Shown here one piece after another: positions 1 to 14,157 of a stretch of DNA of 64,000 bases (position 1 is the stretch's first letter; each line of letters begins with the position of its first letter). The translations under genes and the position numbers were made by a program. Source of the stretch: Octopus sinensis (lineage: Eukaryota); contig NC_043003.1 of the NCBI RefSeq assembly GCF_006345805.1, positions 77,624,001 to 77,688,000 of the forward strand, in the 5' to 3' direction. The notes beneath the pieces were generated by a model, which searched no databases, was not told the origin of the DNA, and worked only from the letters and a program-made list of their open reading frames with translations.

Positions 1-51
<51 letters not shown>
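1..51. repeat. (TAA)n microsatellite
   Basis: Pure TAA run at the window start. Confidence 0.95.
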
Positions 52-52
<1 letters not shown>

Positions 53-99
53 TTCTACTGGAAGCACAATGCCTCAACTAGAAGCACAAGGCCTCAGTG

Positions 100-612
100 C
101 GTAACTGGTACTAAATTTATCGACCTCCAAAAGATGAAAAGCAAAGTCGACTCCGGCAGCATTTGAACTCAGAACACGAAGACAGACGAAATACCTATTT
201 CTTTACTACCCACAAGGGGCTAAACACAAAGAGGACAAACAAGGATAGACAAAGGGATTAAGTCGATTATATCGACCCCAGTGCGTAACTGGTATTTATT
301 TAATCAACCCCGAAAGGATGAAAAGCAAAGTCGACCTCAGCGGAATTTGAACTCAGAACGTAACGGCAGACGAAATACCTATTTCTTTATTACCCACAAG
401 GGGCTAAACACAGAGGGGACAAACAAGGACAGACAAACGGATTAAGTCGATTACATCGACCTCGGTACGTAACTGGTACTTAATTTATCGAGCCCGGAAG
501 GATGAAAGGCAAAGTCGACCTCGGCGGAATTTGAACTCAGAATGTAACGGCAGACGAAATACCGCTAAGCATTTCGCCCGGGTTCTAACGGTTCTGCCAG
601 CTCGCCGCCTTA
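100..612 (-). mobile_element. tRNA-derived SINE, family 1 (head GGCGGCGAGCTGGCAG), with tandemly repeated internal units
   Basis: Reverse complement of the head at about 590-612. B-box-like GAGTTCAAATTCC is repeated about three times, and the body recurs at 10975, 12040, 12915, 24600 and 50460. Resembles described octopus SINEs (OK/OR types); exact family not verified. Confidence 0.85.
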
Positions 613-656
613 ATAATAATAACAACAACAACAACAGCAACAACAACAACAACAAC

Positions 657-698
<42 letters not shown>

Positions 699-947
699 AT
701 ATATTGATTTATCACATCGCAACTACTGCTTGCCATGCCTATTGTTAAGTGAAATTCTAGTGTCCTACACAAACTCTTGCTCTCCACTCACACTCAACAT
801 CTCCGTCTACTTTTACTTTCATATCTTTATTCTCAACAAGTTATTATATCAATATTGAGTAATAAGTTGGCGCAGGAGTGGTGGCAAGAGACAATGGTGG
901 AATATAGTAGTCAATGTTAGTGTCTGCAGGTTGTTGAATGAGCGTGT

Positions 948-978
<31 letters not shown>

Positions 979-1399
979 AGTGTGTGTGTGAGTGTGTGTG
1001 TGTGTGCTTGTGAGTGTGTGTGCACGCGCATGCACGCACGCACGTACTGAGGTAATGTATAACTGTAGAAGTGTGGTGGTGGTGTTCTTGTGAGTTGCTG
1101 CATTAGTGTGGGGGTAGGAATTGTATGTTATGTATGTGTGGGTATATATGCGGGCACGTCTCCGTGCGTGCGTGAGCGTGGGGGTATGTTGTGCGTGTTT
1201 TCACAGTAGTAATAGTAGTAATAGTAGTTGTATTATTGTTCTGTGTGTGGTGTTCTTGAGTGTTGTTACAAACATGCATGCGTGTATATATGTGTGTGTA
1301 CATTATCTATCTGCTTGTCTGTCTGTCTCTCTGCCTTCCTGTAATGTGCGTACATGTCTGTCCGCCCTGTCTGGCTCTCACTCTCTTGACATAAATATA

Positions 1400-1483
1400 A
1401 TATAATATATATTGTATATATATATATATATTATATATATATATATTATTTATATACACCCACACACAGTATACAGTATATAT

Positions 1484-1582
<99 letters not shown>

Positions 1583-1806
1583 GTTATAAAATATTTATCT
1601 GTAATCATATATCTTTATATAGTATATATTGTATGTTTGCGCGTTTGTAGATATGTTCGCGCGTGCACACACAACATACATATATACTTATATATTATAT
1701 ATAAATATTCATATGAATTTATATATATTAATATCATATATAAATATTATATATAGTATTCTCTGTGTGTGTGACTGTCTCTATACATGTATACATATAT
1801 ATATAT

Positions 1807-1897
<91 letters not shown>

Positions 1898-1925
1898 TTA
1901 TATATATATATCATACATATAGTTA
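1400..1925. repeat. Compound (TA)n/(CA)n microsatellite block (one of dozens in the window)
   Basis: Direct inspection; it explains the YI/CV/HT-repeat ORFs. Confidence 0.95.
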
Positions 1926-2425
1926 GATATATTATAAAATATTAACCTTTTATCATATATATCTATATATTATATATAGAATTTTGTGTGTGTGTTGTGT
2001 GTATTCGCGTGGGAGTGTATATATATATATATATATATATATAAGGCATTTATTTCAAAATACGCCAGTTAAGGTAAGTTAAACTGTCTAAAGTCGTAAG
2101 ACACCCACTGATTTTGTCCTGTTAGCACTACTCTTGTTTTTTATTTTTGTTTTTTGTATTTATATTCGTGTGGCATCGTCCGTTTTTCTGTCCTTGTTTC
2201 GTATACATTCGATCCTTTTTCCAAGAAATCTAATGCTCGCAGCTTAGTTTTTCCTTGGGGCTGGCCGGATCGGAGCGATATCAGGATTAATCAGCCGAAA
2301 TTGCTAGGATGATCCGGTTCCTGACTGAAGATTAGAGGCTTCGAATGACCCGTCCGTTTTTTGTGTCGTCTCTTTGTGTGTTTTGCGTTCTTGTCCCATT
2401 TTGTATTTTTATATATAATTTTTAT

Positions 2426-2517
<92 letters not shown>

Positions 2518-2720
2518 AAGTCAAATTGCGATAAAATAAAAATAATTATTATCGCTGGTATTTCTAGCACAAGCCATATATTTTTCATATATCAGTACAT
2601 TAGGCGAAATATGTGCTAGAACACAGAAGCTAGATAAATTTAGTGAAATGAAGATAAAAACATTTACTAACTCGGTTTATATATATTACTAACTCGGTAT
2701 ATATATATATATATAATATA

Positions 2721-2764
<44 letters not shown>

Positions 2765-2963
2765 TGTATATTTTAAGTATGCATGTTTGCTGTATGTATG
2801 TGAGTGTGTTTCGGTGTATGTATATCTATACACACGCGCGCGACCACACAGACGCGAACACGCACCCACGTGACTCATACGAGAAGTAAAATTTACTCGC
2901 ACGGGGAGAAGCCCGAAGTCCCATTTAACGTATGCATTTTACAATGCCTTTGTTTCTACTCAC

Positions 2964-3010
2964 AGTATTGATTCCCTCCGCTAGTGAATGTTCCTTAATA
3001 TCTAAACTTG
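2964..3010 (-). CDS. Candidate 47-nt internal exon, xSLDIKEHSLAEGINT (phase 1 to 0)
   Basis: Minus strand: cattatacag|CAAG...ATACT|gtgagt. Only one frame is open. The acceptor is weak, and a competing plus-strand acceptor overlaps it. Confidence 0.25.
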
Positions 3011-3557
3011 CTGTATAATGGTAACCTTAGCTGAACACTTACCACACAAACATTCACGTGTGTGTGTGTGATTGGGCACGCGTCCGAGTGCATCTGCTTA
3101 TATATGCACACACAAATATATATATATCAATGTATGTATATATATATATGCATGTATATGTATATGTATGTATATGTATATGTATATGTAATATGATATA
3201 TATATATATATAGATATATATATATATCTATATATATAATATAATATATATATATATATATATCTATATATATATATATAATATATTATACATATAATAA
3301 TATAAATAATATATTGCATATGTATATATAATACATATATGTACATACCTACACATATATGTATATATACATGCATATATGGGTACAGGACGTAAAAAAA
3401 AACGTGAACTAAATGAAAAACGAGAACAAAAAACAACAAAAACATGGAAAATGAACTTTTTTCGGACCACGAAAGAAACAGAGAAACAATCCCTTCATCA
3501 GTTGTCCCCTATTTTATCTACTCCGTGTACATATATGTATGTGTGTGTGTATATATA

Positions 3558-3648
<91 letters not shown>

Positions 3649-3891
3649 CTTTTATCCTTCGAAACGTTAGTAGATGAAACCTTAGCGACTGAGAAGGGGA
3701 TTTTTCGTTGTGCTTATTGTCCTGTATCTCCCTTTTTTTGCTTGTCTGTGTCTTGGTTTGTGTCTATGTGTTTCGTCTCTCTATGTGTTCGACGTCTTTT
3801 TGGTGTCCTGTACTCATATATGCGTGTATATGTACATGTAGAGGTAGGTATGTACATATATGTTTATATATATGCATATGTTCTATTTTAT

Positions 3892-3962
<71 letters not shown>

Positions 3963-4195
3963 TACTACATACATACATACATACATACATACATACACAC
4001 ACGTATACATATAGGCGCGGGCGCGGACTAGCCAGCGTGGTGAGAAGCTTGTTTGACAATCACATGGTTCCGGGTTCTGCACCACTGCGTGGCACGTTGA
4101 GTAAGTGTCTTCTGCTATACCCGCGTGCTGACGAAAAACTTGTGATTTGATTTGGTAGACGGAAACTGAAAGTGCCCGAAGTATATATACATATC

Positions 4196-4585
4196 TCTTT
4201 TACTTGTGTCAGTCATTTGACTGAGCCATGCTGGAGCACCGCCTTTAGTCGAGCAAACGACCCCGGGACTTATTCTTTGTAAGCCCAGTACTTATTCTAT
4301 CGGTCTCTTTTTGCCGAACCGCTAAGTGACGAGGACGTAAACACACCAGCATCGGTTGTCAAGCGATGGTGGGGGGACAAACACAGACACACAAACATAT
4401 ACACACACATACATATATATATATACATATATACGATAGGCTTCTTTCAGTTTCCGTCTACCAAATCCACTCACAAGGCATTGGTCGGCACGAGGCTATA
4501 GCAGAAGACACTTGCCCAAGATGCCACGCAGTGGGACTGAACCCGGAACCATGTGGTTGGTAAGCAAGTACTTACTACACAGCCA
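4196..4585 (-). mobile_element. tRNA-derived SINE, family 2, full length
   Basis: Head revcomp (gtggctgtgtagtaagtacttgcttaccaaccacatggttccgggttcagtccc), central (CA)/(TA) tract and tail ...gtcaaatgactgacacaagtaaaagag. A degenerate plus-strand 5' half lies at 4013-4185. Confidence 0.85.
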
Positions 4586-4612
4586 CACACACCACCACAC
4601 ACACACACACAC

Positions 4613-4661
<49 letters not shown>

Positions 4662-4712
4662 TATATATATATATGTAATATATATGTTATATAATATATA
4701 TATGTATATATA

Positions 4713-4743
<31 letters not shown>

Positions 4744-4850
4744 GTATATATATATATATACATATATATTACATTCAAAATGTGACCGCATGTGTACCGT
4801 TGGCGATTTTTTTTCCGCTGTCTTCCCTTCTCTAGATTTTCCTTCTCTTA

Positions 4851-4888
4851 TGTTTCCGACGAAGAGCTCCGCTCGAAACGTTAAATCC
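4851..4888 (+). ncRNA. Minimal type I hammerhead-like motif (core CCGACGA, U4C-mutated) in a PLE-derived element of about 250 bp
   Basis: tgttt CCGACGA a GAGC tcc GCTC GAAA cgtta. Stem II is perfect and stem III is the palindrome AACGTT; stem I is weak. Confidence 0.5.
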
Positions 4889-5330
4889 TCCTTTTTTCCT
4901 TCTTTCCTGAGCGTCCAATAATACTATATTTGTTCCACGTCCTCGCGTTGTTGTGTTTTTTTTGTGCTTTCATGTTTGGATTAACTTTAACTATAATAAT
5001 ATAATATATATAATATATATATATAATATAATATATATATAAATTTGTGTGAATGTATTTGCCGCCCCCACAACTGCTTTGACAAACGGTGTTGATATGT
5101 TCACGTCCCCGTAATGTAGCAGTTCGGTTAAAGTCACCTATAGAATAAACACCAGGTTTTAAAAAATGTATTGGGGTCAATTCATTCGTCTAACATTCTT
5201 CATTCTTCACGTTGGTGTTCCAGCATGGCCGCAGTCCAGTGACTGAAACAAATAAAAATAAAGCTGTATGTACCAAGAGAAAGCGGCATTCAGACAAACA
5301 GACAGACAGACCGACAGGCAGACAGATAGT

Positions 5331-5398
<68 letters not shown>

Positions 5399-5630
5399 CA
5401 GACATATATTATATAGGTATATGAGGAGGCGGGTCAGCACATGTAAGCTATGAATTTGCGTATAAAGTGGGGATGGTTTTGATCAAGCATTGGCGGTACA
5501 ACCGTGCCCCTTCGGTTTGGTAGTTAAATGTAGTGTATCTGAGATTACCTTAGCCCTTACATCCTTCATAGATTAAGACACGGATTTTCGATATGACGGA
5601 GACTGTTATTTAGGCTGTTATTTCTTGCAG

Positions 5631-5677
5631 GTTCGGCAACAAGGAGCACTGTCGCCAACTCTGTGTTGCTGTTGGAG
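5631..5677 (+). CDS. Candidate 47-nt exon, xFGNKEHCRQLCVAVG (phase 2 to 1), with Kunitz-like F-x5-C-x3-C spacing
   Basis: Strong splice sites: ttatttcttgcag|G and GAG|gtgagc. GC-rich island inside repeats. The cysteine spacing matches the C-terminal end of Kunitz/BPTI domains. Confidence 0.45.
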
Positions 5678-5838
5678 GTGAGCATCGGTTTGTGTATGTG
5701 TGTTCGCACGGGTCCGCGTGTATGTATATTTGCATGCTTGCGCGCTTTGTTCTATGTATGTTCGTTGTGTTGTATTCAGTGAGTGATGTGTTGTTTTTTT
5801 TTTTTTGCCTTTGTAAAGTGCGTGCAGAAGACGGTGGT

Positions 5839-5955
<117 letters not shown>

Positions 5956-6723
5956 GAATCAGTGTTGTTGTTTAGTTCAAAATAAGACCTGATCCAACAG
6001 ATCGATCATCGAAAGCATTCCAGCCACGATCATCCAGTCGATTTTAGTGTATCTCTAGCACTACTTTATCGAATGTGTTCAACGGTTTTTAACACACACA
6101 CACACGCACATGTACACATGCACGAACTATGCATGTCTAACTGCTATAAGTGACTCTACGTGTATTTGCTCGTGTGTGTATGTGTGTGTTTGTGAGTGTG
6201 TGTACGTGTCTGTGTGTGTGTGTGTGTGTGATTGTCTTTAACAGAGCATGTATTCGCCTATTTGCAGTTTCGTGCATGTATACATCAATAGGTGTCAGTT
6301 CTATAATTTGTGTACATTTTGTTTCTCCGCACGGAAGCACGTCCTGGGTATGCGTGCATGTCTGCTAACAACACACACATACACACACTGTCTTTCTCAC
6401 TCTCTCTCTCTCTCACACACATACACACACACATACACACACACACACACACATACACACACACGCATACACTCAAACATTCTTTTAACGTTTTTCAAGG
6501 GTTAAATCATTCATTTAGAGCTTTGATTAATTTGATCATGTATTTATACCATAAATCATTAAAGAACAACTAAGTTCTGTATATATAATATCCAATATCA
6601 TATCATATGATACACACACACACGCATATATGTATGTATGTATATATGTATGTATATATAAATATATATATAATATATATATGTATAATGTAGGATCAAC
6701 AAGTGAGACCACGTGAGCGCGTG

Positions 6724-7112
6724 ATATATAAAGGGAAAGTTTACGAAAATAAACAAAAGACGAAGGTAGGTGGTGTACAAACAAACAGATGTATTAGTAT
6801 AGCGCTCAGGAATAGAAAAGTCCTTCACGTTTCGAGCCTTTGCTCTTCTACAGAAAGATACACAGAAAAAAACAAGGAGAGAAAAAAATTTGTGTAGTAG
6901 CTAACGCCATGATAGATCGTTAGCTACTACACATATTTTTTCTCTCCTTGTTTCTCTCCTTGTTTTTTTCTGTGTATCTTTCTGTAGAAGAGGTTAGGCT
7001 CGAAAAGTAAAAGACTTTTTTAATTCCTGAGTGCTATACTAATACATCTGTTGTTTGTACACCACCTGTCTTCGTCTTTTGTTTATTTTCGTAAACTTTC
7101 CCTTTATATATA
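6724..7112. mobile_element. Head-to-head inverted pair of hammerhead-bearing PLE-derived elements (family A)
   Basis: Arms 6724-6906 and 6918-7112 are reverse complements around the spacer ccatgatagat. HHR-like motifs lie at 6821-6858 (-) and 6977-7014 (+). Confidence 0.8.
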
Positions 7113-7125
7113 TAATATATATATA

Positions 7126-7189
<64 letters not shown>

Positions 7190-7392
7190 ATGCAATATAT
7201 TTAATATATTGACGTCACCAACTGTGCAAATAACATGAAATACGCAAACAACGGAGTTAATATGTAAACAACGAGATAGAAAATGGAAGACAGGACAAGT
7301 AAACACAGAGAAAGGACCCTTCATCAGTTGTCGGCTGCCTATCTACTCCTGGTTTCCAGCATGCAATGACTATATATATATAATATATATAT

Positions 7393-7439
<47 letters not shown>

Positions 7440-7712
7440 CAAACATGCGCACATGTGTATGTGTATATATATGAGTGTGCGTGTATGTTTGTGTATGTGT
7501 GCATGTGTGTCTATGTGTGTGTATGTGTGTGTAGGACGAGTTAAAGTAAAAATAACTTTACATTAAGCTCTTTTTTTTAGTACATGTTTATTATACTATT
7601 AGAATAAGAGTAGTGAAAGAAACTTCAGATTTACGGCATGCTAGCCTTCATCGGGCTCTAAGATGAAAGCTAGTATTTCGAAGTCACTGTAACCACTCTT
7701 CTTCTGATAGTA

Positions 7713-7790
<78 letters not shown>

Positions 7791-7799
7791 CTCACACAC

Positions 7800-8240
7800 T
7801 CTAGTAAAGCATCCCGGCGTTGCCCGGGTGTTATGACCTACAGCCCGTATTGTATTATTTGTTCCTTTCTTATCGGTAGAATCAGCACAGCGGATATGTA
7901 GTGAAGAGGGTTACTGGCGCAATGTAAGTTATTGTTTGTTTAAAAGTGAAAGAGGAAGGTACAATTTGATGGGTTTGCATGGAAGTACTTTTTGTTCTTG
8001 AGATAGATCACAAACTATGTATTGTTTCATCGTATAAAATGGGGTTAATACGATTTTGCCCGGAAATTACGTTTTCAAAATTTTTGTTTGCCCAGTCCCC
8101 ATTGCAGTTTCTTTATTTGTAACTTTTTTTACGAATTTTTTTTATCCATGTAAAAAAAATACAGAAATTACGAATCTGGGAAATATATATAATTTTTAAA
8201 GTTAAATTTTTTAAAAAACACTTAATGCCCCTTCCCTCAC
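7800..8240 (+). mobile_element. Probable Helitron/DINE-like non-autonomous element (5' part)
   Basis: Starts ctag...cccggcgttgcccggg, a 5' hairpin similar to the elements at 23988 and 34414. The 3' boundary is uncertain. Confidence 0.35.
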
Positions 8241-8942
8241 GTCACCAACTTATCACCTACCCGCTTTCAAAAATCTAAAATCACCCTATGTTTCACTTTT
8301 GTCTGATGTTTCACGCATGCATAGAGTTGTACTGAAATAGCAGACGTAAAAAAAAAGACTCGACATGATAGAAACAACAGGTAAACGACATTATTTCTGA
8401 AGAAACTTCCCCGCTTTCCCAAAAGCTAAATGTGAAGCATTGGAAATTTGTAGCTTTTGGAAAGTGGTGAGGTGATGGGTGAATATTTGTGGAGAGATTT
8501 TAGTGTTTCACTAGGAAAAAAGAACGAAGAAAATTCTTAAAGATTCGTAAACTCTGTTTATTCTCAGTGGATTACCAAGAAAAACATTAGAAAAGAGTAG
8601 AAATATGAAGAAACTGGGATGGGTAGGGAGAAAATTAAAATATTGAGAACCTCTTTTTTCGGCGAAATCTTAATCTTCTGTATTGAAAGCATATGAATAG
8701 GAAAAAATTTAGGGAAAAAATTAAGGGTTGGGTGTAAATGTCACCTCGGACATGCTAGAAACAGCAGGTAAAGGATAGGATTTCTGGGAGAACTTCCTTT
8801 TAAATTTATATCAAAGATTAGGTTTTTAAATACACTCATCACAAACACGAATTACAGAAAAAGGTGAATTCAATTGGATTTGAGCAGTAATTTTGTGCGT
8901 GCACATAGCAAGAAATAACGTAATTCATACAGAAGTTTTACC

Positions 8943-9028
<86 letters not shown>

Positions 9029-10259
9029 GCCTGCGCACACGCATATGTGTGTATGCCAAATCAAGTTATTTTATGGCATTCTTTCGATTGCAGCAGAGAA
9101 TTTGAGCAGAAAGTAAAAGAAAGCGGAGGAAGTGAAAGATATATGTACGTGTATATGAAATGGTCGTGTATGTGTGTGTGTGTTTCCATGTGCATGTGTG
9201 CGTGTGTGTGTGCATGTATGTATATGTGTATGTGAGAGAGGGATTTATGAAAGTGTGTGTTGTCACGTATGTATTTACTTTCTTGTATGTGAAAGTGGCA
9301 CTCACTCACTCTGTCTTACTCTCTCTCACTCTCATAGACACATATCTTTCATATACACGTACATAAATACATAAATATATATATACATGCATGTTTTTGC
9401 ATGTATGTGTGCGTGTGCATGTGAGTGAGAAAGTGATTGACTGCATTTCCTCATAACATATAGAGAAATAGGTACATACTCATATAGAAAATGTGACGTC
9501 GTCGTCGTCGTGGTATAAAATATCGTTTAGAGCAGCTGAATTATAGAAAGATTATAATGTCAAATTTTTGTAATGTAAATATGAAAAATAAAGTTTAATT
9601 GTTAGTCAAAAGATTACTGAATCTTTTGATACCCCATACATCAAAACTGGCAATTCAGTTTTCGAATGTATTCGTTAATTTTCATAATTTTTCTTATTTC
9701 CCTATGCTTTGAAGAGAACAGAAATCGAAAGAGAAGAGAAAGTGAAACCGCGACATTTGCTGAGACTGACATGCGACAATGATTACTTTGATAAGCATGA
9801 CCTTAGTTGTTGTTGCCCCACTACATAGATAAGAAGTAGACCCCCTTCGTACCACTATAACTTCTATGACCAAGACGACCACTAAAGAGAGATGGAACGG
9901 GTGAACCAGAACTATACGGACCTCCGAAAATAATGATACGGTTAAAAAGATGGTCGCACATGCGGTGGGTGCGAATACCAAGACACTAACCACTAAACAA
10001 CGCACCTCCACCCCTAACCACTAAGCCACGCGGCTCCACGTTTTTTCATATTAATGTGTGAATATTTATACGTGCAGGCGAGGCAGTGCGGTTAAGAAGA
10101 TCTCTTTGCAACCACGTCTGTTCGAGTTCTATCTCAATGCGCGACACGTTTATCAAGAATCTTCTATTACACTTGTTCGACCAGTGAATTTGGTAAGTGG
10201 AAACTGTGTGGAAGCACGTCATATATGTACGTATAGGAGGGAGTGTACATGTATTACCT

Positions 10260-10590
10260 TTTACTTGTTTCAGTTATTAGACCGTGGTCATGCTGGCACC
10301 ACCTTGAGGAATTTTAGTCGAACTACTCGACCCCAGTATCTATTTTCTTTTTAAGTTTGGTACGTATTCTATTGATAGCTTTTACCAAATTGCTATGTTA
10401 CGGTGTCGTAAACACACCAACACCGGTTGTCAAGCAACTGTTTTCTTTCAGTTTCCGTCTACCAAACCCACTCACACGGTTTTGATCGGTCCGAGGTTAT
10501 AGTAGAGGACACTTACTTTACCCAAGGCGCTATGTAGTGGGACTGAACCCAGAACCATGTGATTGGGAAGCAAACCTCTTACCACACCTC
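10260..10590 (-). mobile_element. SINE family 2, degenerate copy
   Basis: Similar to 4196-4585. Confidence 0.7.
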
Positions 10591-10971
10591 CACAATTTCA
10601 ATAAAAATTCATACACTGTACATCATGTACGGAACACTCCTTTCTCATTCGTTCAACAGCAAGCAACATACATGTGTGTGTGTGTGTGTGTGTGTATGTG
10701 TGTGTGTGTGTGCATGTTTATGTGAGCGTGTTTCTTTGTGTCTGTAACTGCCCCTCCACACTGCTCGACAATCAGTGTTGGTCGCTTACGTTCCTGTATC
10801 ATGGTGGTTCCGCAAAAGAAAACGACAGAATACTAGACTTAAAAATAAATTCTGGAGTCCATTTGTTACCTAAAACCGTTCAAGGCGGCGTCCCAGCATG
10901 GCCGCAGTTCAATGACTGAAACAAGTAGAAGATAAAAGGTAAAAGGTATAAATAGATAATATTTATTTAGT

Positions 10972-11190
10972 AAAAGGCGGCGAGCTGGCAGAAACGTTAG
11001 CACGCCGGGCGAAATGCTTATCGACATTTCATCCGTTTTTACGTTCTGAGTTCAAATTCCGACGGGATCGACTCTACCTTTCATCCTTTCAGGATGGATA
11101 AAATAAGTACAACTTGGGCACGATGTAATTGACATAGACCCCCACCCCATCATAGTATTGGCCTTTTTCCAAAATTTGAAACCAATATTT
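10972..11190 (+). mobile_element. SINE family 1 copy
   Basis: aggcggcgagctggcagaaacgttagcacgccgggcgaaatgc ... ccaaaatttgaaacc. Confidence 0.8.
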
Positions 11191-11559
11191 ATTTATTATA
11201 TCACTGCTTTGCTATAATAAACAGAAGTTACAGTTAATATACGTAATCTTTTATTCTTCCTGTTTTAGGAACATTCTCGAATTAATAAATATAAACGTGA
11301 CATAAAACAAACCTTCTGACTTTAAAACTTCTTTGCTCACAACAATACTCTAGTTATTAATCCTTGATTGACTTTTTATGTGCAGCAAAATATCGTGGGT
11401 ATTCTACCCAACAGACTGGTTCATTAACTTTTGTCTAACCGATTGAATAAATTTTAGTTCATCTCTGGTGTTAATTCCATCAGAAGCTAGAATGGATAGA
11501 AGGAAATGAATGACAAACAATTTAGAAGTAATTTGATATTGAATGAGGTAAAATCTCAA

Positions 11560-11790
11560 CGCCTTCTGTCAACCTATAGCATGACCTCTTGCTTTGCGAT
11601 CTTCAACTATTCGTTGGTGTGAAATGTCGACATGATAATATAGTAGATTATCTCTTACATTATCTGACACACCTCTTATATGGGCATATCTCTAATGTAC
11701 TGGCAAACTAGGCAGCTCCTCCTTGCGCACAATGTTTGCTAGAAATAATAGGCCATGTGAGAACGACCTACTATTTCTAATAAATCACAC
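11560..11790 (-). mobile_element. Possible RTE-type LINE 3' remnant
   Basis: Degenerate minus-strand translation (...EDRK.R...) loosely resembles RTE ORF2 C-termini; many stops. Confidence 0.25.
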
Positions 11791-12039
11791 CTTCCTTATT
11801 TGCTCAGGTGAATAATGTAATATTAGATGCGCTGAATAAAAAAAACGGCATGATCATGGCTGGAACGCCTTTGATCATACGTATATTCAATCATTGCTGA
11901 ACTGAAGCTAAATAAAACAACATTTCGCTTATATAACCATACATTTCTGTTGAAAATACCTAGTTAATATTACAACAAATTATTTTCACTCATTTCTTTA
12001 TTTTTTTCTTTATTATCTGCCAATACATTGTCCATATGC

Positions 12040-12258
12040 TAAGGCAGCGAGCGAGCTGGAAAAGTCGTTAGCAACCCGGGCAAAATGCTTAGCGGTATTT
12101 CGTCCATCTTTATGTTCTGAGTGCAAATTCCGCCAGGTCGACTTCGTCTTTCATCCTTTCGGGTTTGATAAAATAAGTACCAGTTGAACATTAGGATCGA
12201 TGTAATCGACTTAACTCCTCGCTCGAAATTGCTGGCTTTGTGCCAAAATTTGAAACCC
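12040..12258 (+). mobile_element. SINE family 1 copy
   Basis: Same head, body and tail as 10972. Confidence 0.75.
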
Positions 12259-12499
12259 ATATGTTGTCCATATGCTGAATCCAAATTCGACAAAACAAGA
12301 ACCTGTAATTAACAAAAGTTAACTCAATAGAATATTACTAGAAAATGGTTTCCAATTAAAAATTCGTCTTTTATTTAAAAAGACGTCAACTTGCGGAACA
12401 TTTTTTAAATATTGTAACAGTGGTTCCTTTCTACTGAATCAAACATGCAAAATTGTACAGTAAATAAACAATGACATAACAATGAGATAGTGGGAAGCT

Positions 12500-12912
12500 C
12501 ATGCTTTTCAATAATGTATTAGCAAAATCCCAGCAATAGCTGAGAAGCTCAGAAATCAAAGCAGAGACTGAAGGATGTTTAATTGCAGCACAAGACCAAA
12601 GCCTCCTCACTAGAAATTACCAAAAGCATGTTATAAAAAGAAACATAACAAGTAACTGCAGAATATGTGGAGATGGACAAGAAACAATAAACCATATTGT
12701 CTCTGACTGCCCAGTCCTGGCTAAGAAGGAATATATTCACAGACACGACAGAGTTAGGATTTATATACACTGGAAATTATGGAATAACAACAGAAAAAGG
12801 TGGTATAGGCACATGCCAGAAAAGGTCACAGAAAATGAGAAAGCAACCACACTATGGGATATACCAATACACACAGAAAAATTAAGGCTAATACGCCGGA
12901 TATAGTTATCAG
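12500..12912 (+). mobile_element. R4/Dong-like non-LTR retrotransposon fragment (CCHC finger and start of the restriction-like endonuclease)
   Basis: Translation KAETEGCLIAAQDQSLLTRNY...CRICGDGQETINHIVSDCPVLAKKEYIHRHDRV...W...KANTPDIV, with frameshifts. Motifs are typical of RLE-clade LINEs. Confidence 0.8.
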
Positions 12913-13739
12913 AGGTGTGGCACTTAATTTATCGATCCAGAAAGAATGAAAGGCAAAGTCGACCTCGGCAGAATGTGAACTCAGAACGTAATGACAGACG
13001 AAATACGGCTAAGCATTTCGCCCGGCGTGCTAACGTTTCTGCCAATTCGATGCCTTAACCCCTAGTAAAATTGTTTTATTCGACTCTTTAGTCTCTATAT
13101 TGGTCGCTACTTTTATTGATGGAAACTTTCAGTAACACTTTTCTGTTTTAAAATTTGATAATTGCTATTTCCGAATTTCATTATAAGTAGTTTTAATTAC
13201 ATAAATTTTGTGCAGAAAAGCAGTTTGTATTTTGTAATCCATTTATTTCGATCAGAAAGTGTAATTAAAGAAAATAGCGAATGGATATATAGGTGATTGT
13301 ATTCTCTCTTCCTGTTTTGCATATATGCTTATACAATTCATCTTAATTACATATTTGCATTATATCTTTTCTTTTTTTTTTGTTTTGTTGTTAATATGTA
13401 AATCTGTTCTCCATTGATTGTCTCGCTATTCAACTGAGAAACGGAATATATTCTAAAAAAACAACAACTGAATAACAAGAGAATATATCAAAAGGATTGA
13501 ATTAAATATTAGGCTCGCATTGAATGATGACATGGAGGGTAGGTCGGAGACACTAAGATGAAAGGAAATATAAAAAAAGTTGAAAATAAGAAAGAAGGAT
13601 AGGATGAAAGAAGATAAAATGAAAGAAGGAATGAAGGCAGGAATGTGAGACACAAAGTAAGAGAGGGACAAAAAGTATGAAGAAAAGATGTAAAAAAAAA
13701 CAAAAAGCAAAGAAATAAAATGAAGACAGAAAACGTGGA

Positions 13740-13856
13740 GGTGTTGGTGGTGGTGATGGTGATGGTGATGGTGATGGTGGTGGTGAGGATGGTGGTGGTA
13801 GTGGTGGTGGTGATGGTGGTGGTTATGGTGGTGGTGGTGGTGGTGGTGGTGGTGGA
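13740..13856. repeat. (GGT/GAT)n trinucleotide repeat
   Basis: Direct inspection. Confidence 0.9.
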
Positions 13857-14157
13857 GTTACAGAAAGACTAAAAAAAGGAAAGAAAGAGAAGTGTCAAAA
13901 ATCGACCCGTTCTGTCATTTAATTTAACGTTCTCTGTTATTTAGTTTTATTTCGTTTCTACGAAGCCATGCTGGAGCAATGCTTACATATTGTACGGAAA
14001 ATTTAAGTAAATCGTTAATGTAGTAAACACATCTTTCAACCGGAATATAGAGAACTAAATATGGAATATGTAATATGTATCTATACACGTATAGATGTGT
14101 GTGTGTGTATAAACGTACATGAGTTTTGTTAGCATTTTCAAATTTATAATCTTGAAT

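Noticed and set aside
62-612. Regularly repeated units resembling a CRISPR array (also at 50461-51004)
   Set aside because: The repeats are long internal duplications of a SINE with no unique spacers, in eukaryotic DNA with no cas genes.
2245-2350. Possible hammerheads (GGCTG...CAGCC GAAA; CTGAAGA at 2325)
   Set aside because: The first lacks the CUGANGA core, and the second lacks a proper stem II-GAAA and stem I. Probably decayed pLTR sequence.
3440-3510. CTGATGA on the minus strand (also at 7330)
   Set aside because: No compatible stem I or correctly placed GAAA could be paired.
7625-7685. Hairpin with HHR-like halves on both strands
   Set aside because: Two core mutations (CCGATGA, GTAA) and no stem I; too degenerate to call.
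9700-10011. 105-aa minus ORF and several exon-like readings
   Set aside because: The ORF starts in a SINE head remnant, the alternative frames all hit stops, and no consistent splice pair stands out.
10058-10354. 98-aa ORF with AG/GT signals
   Set aside because: It lies within degenerate family 2 SINE sequence.
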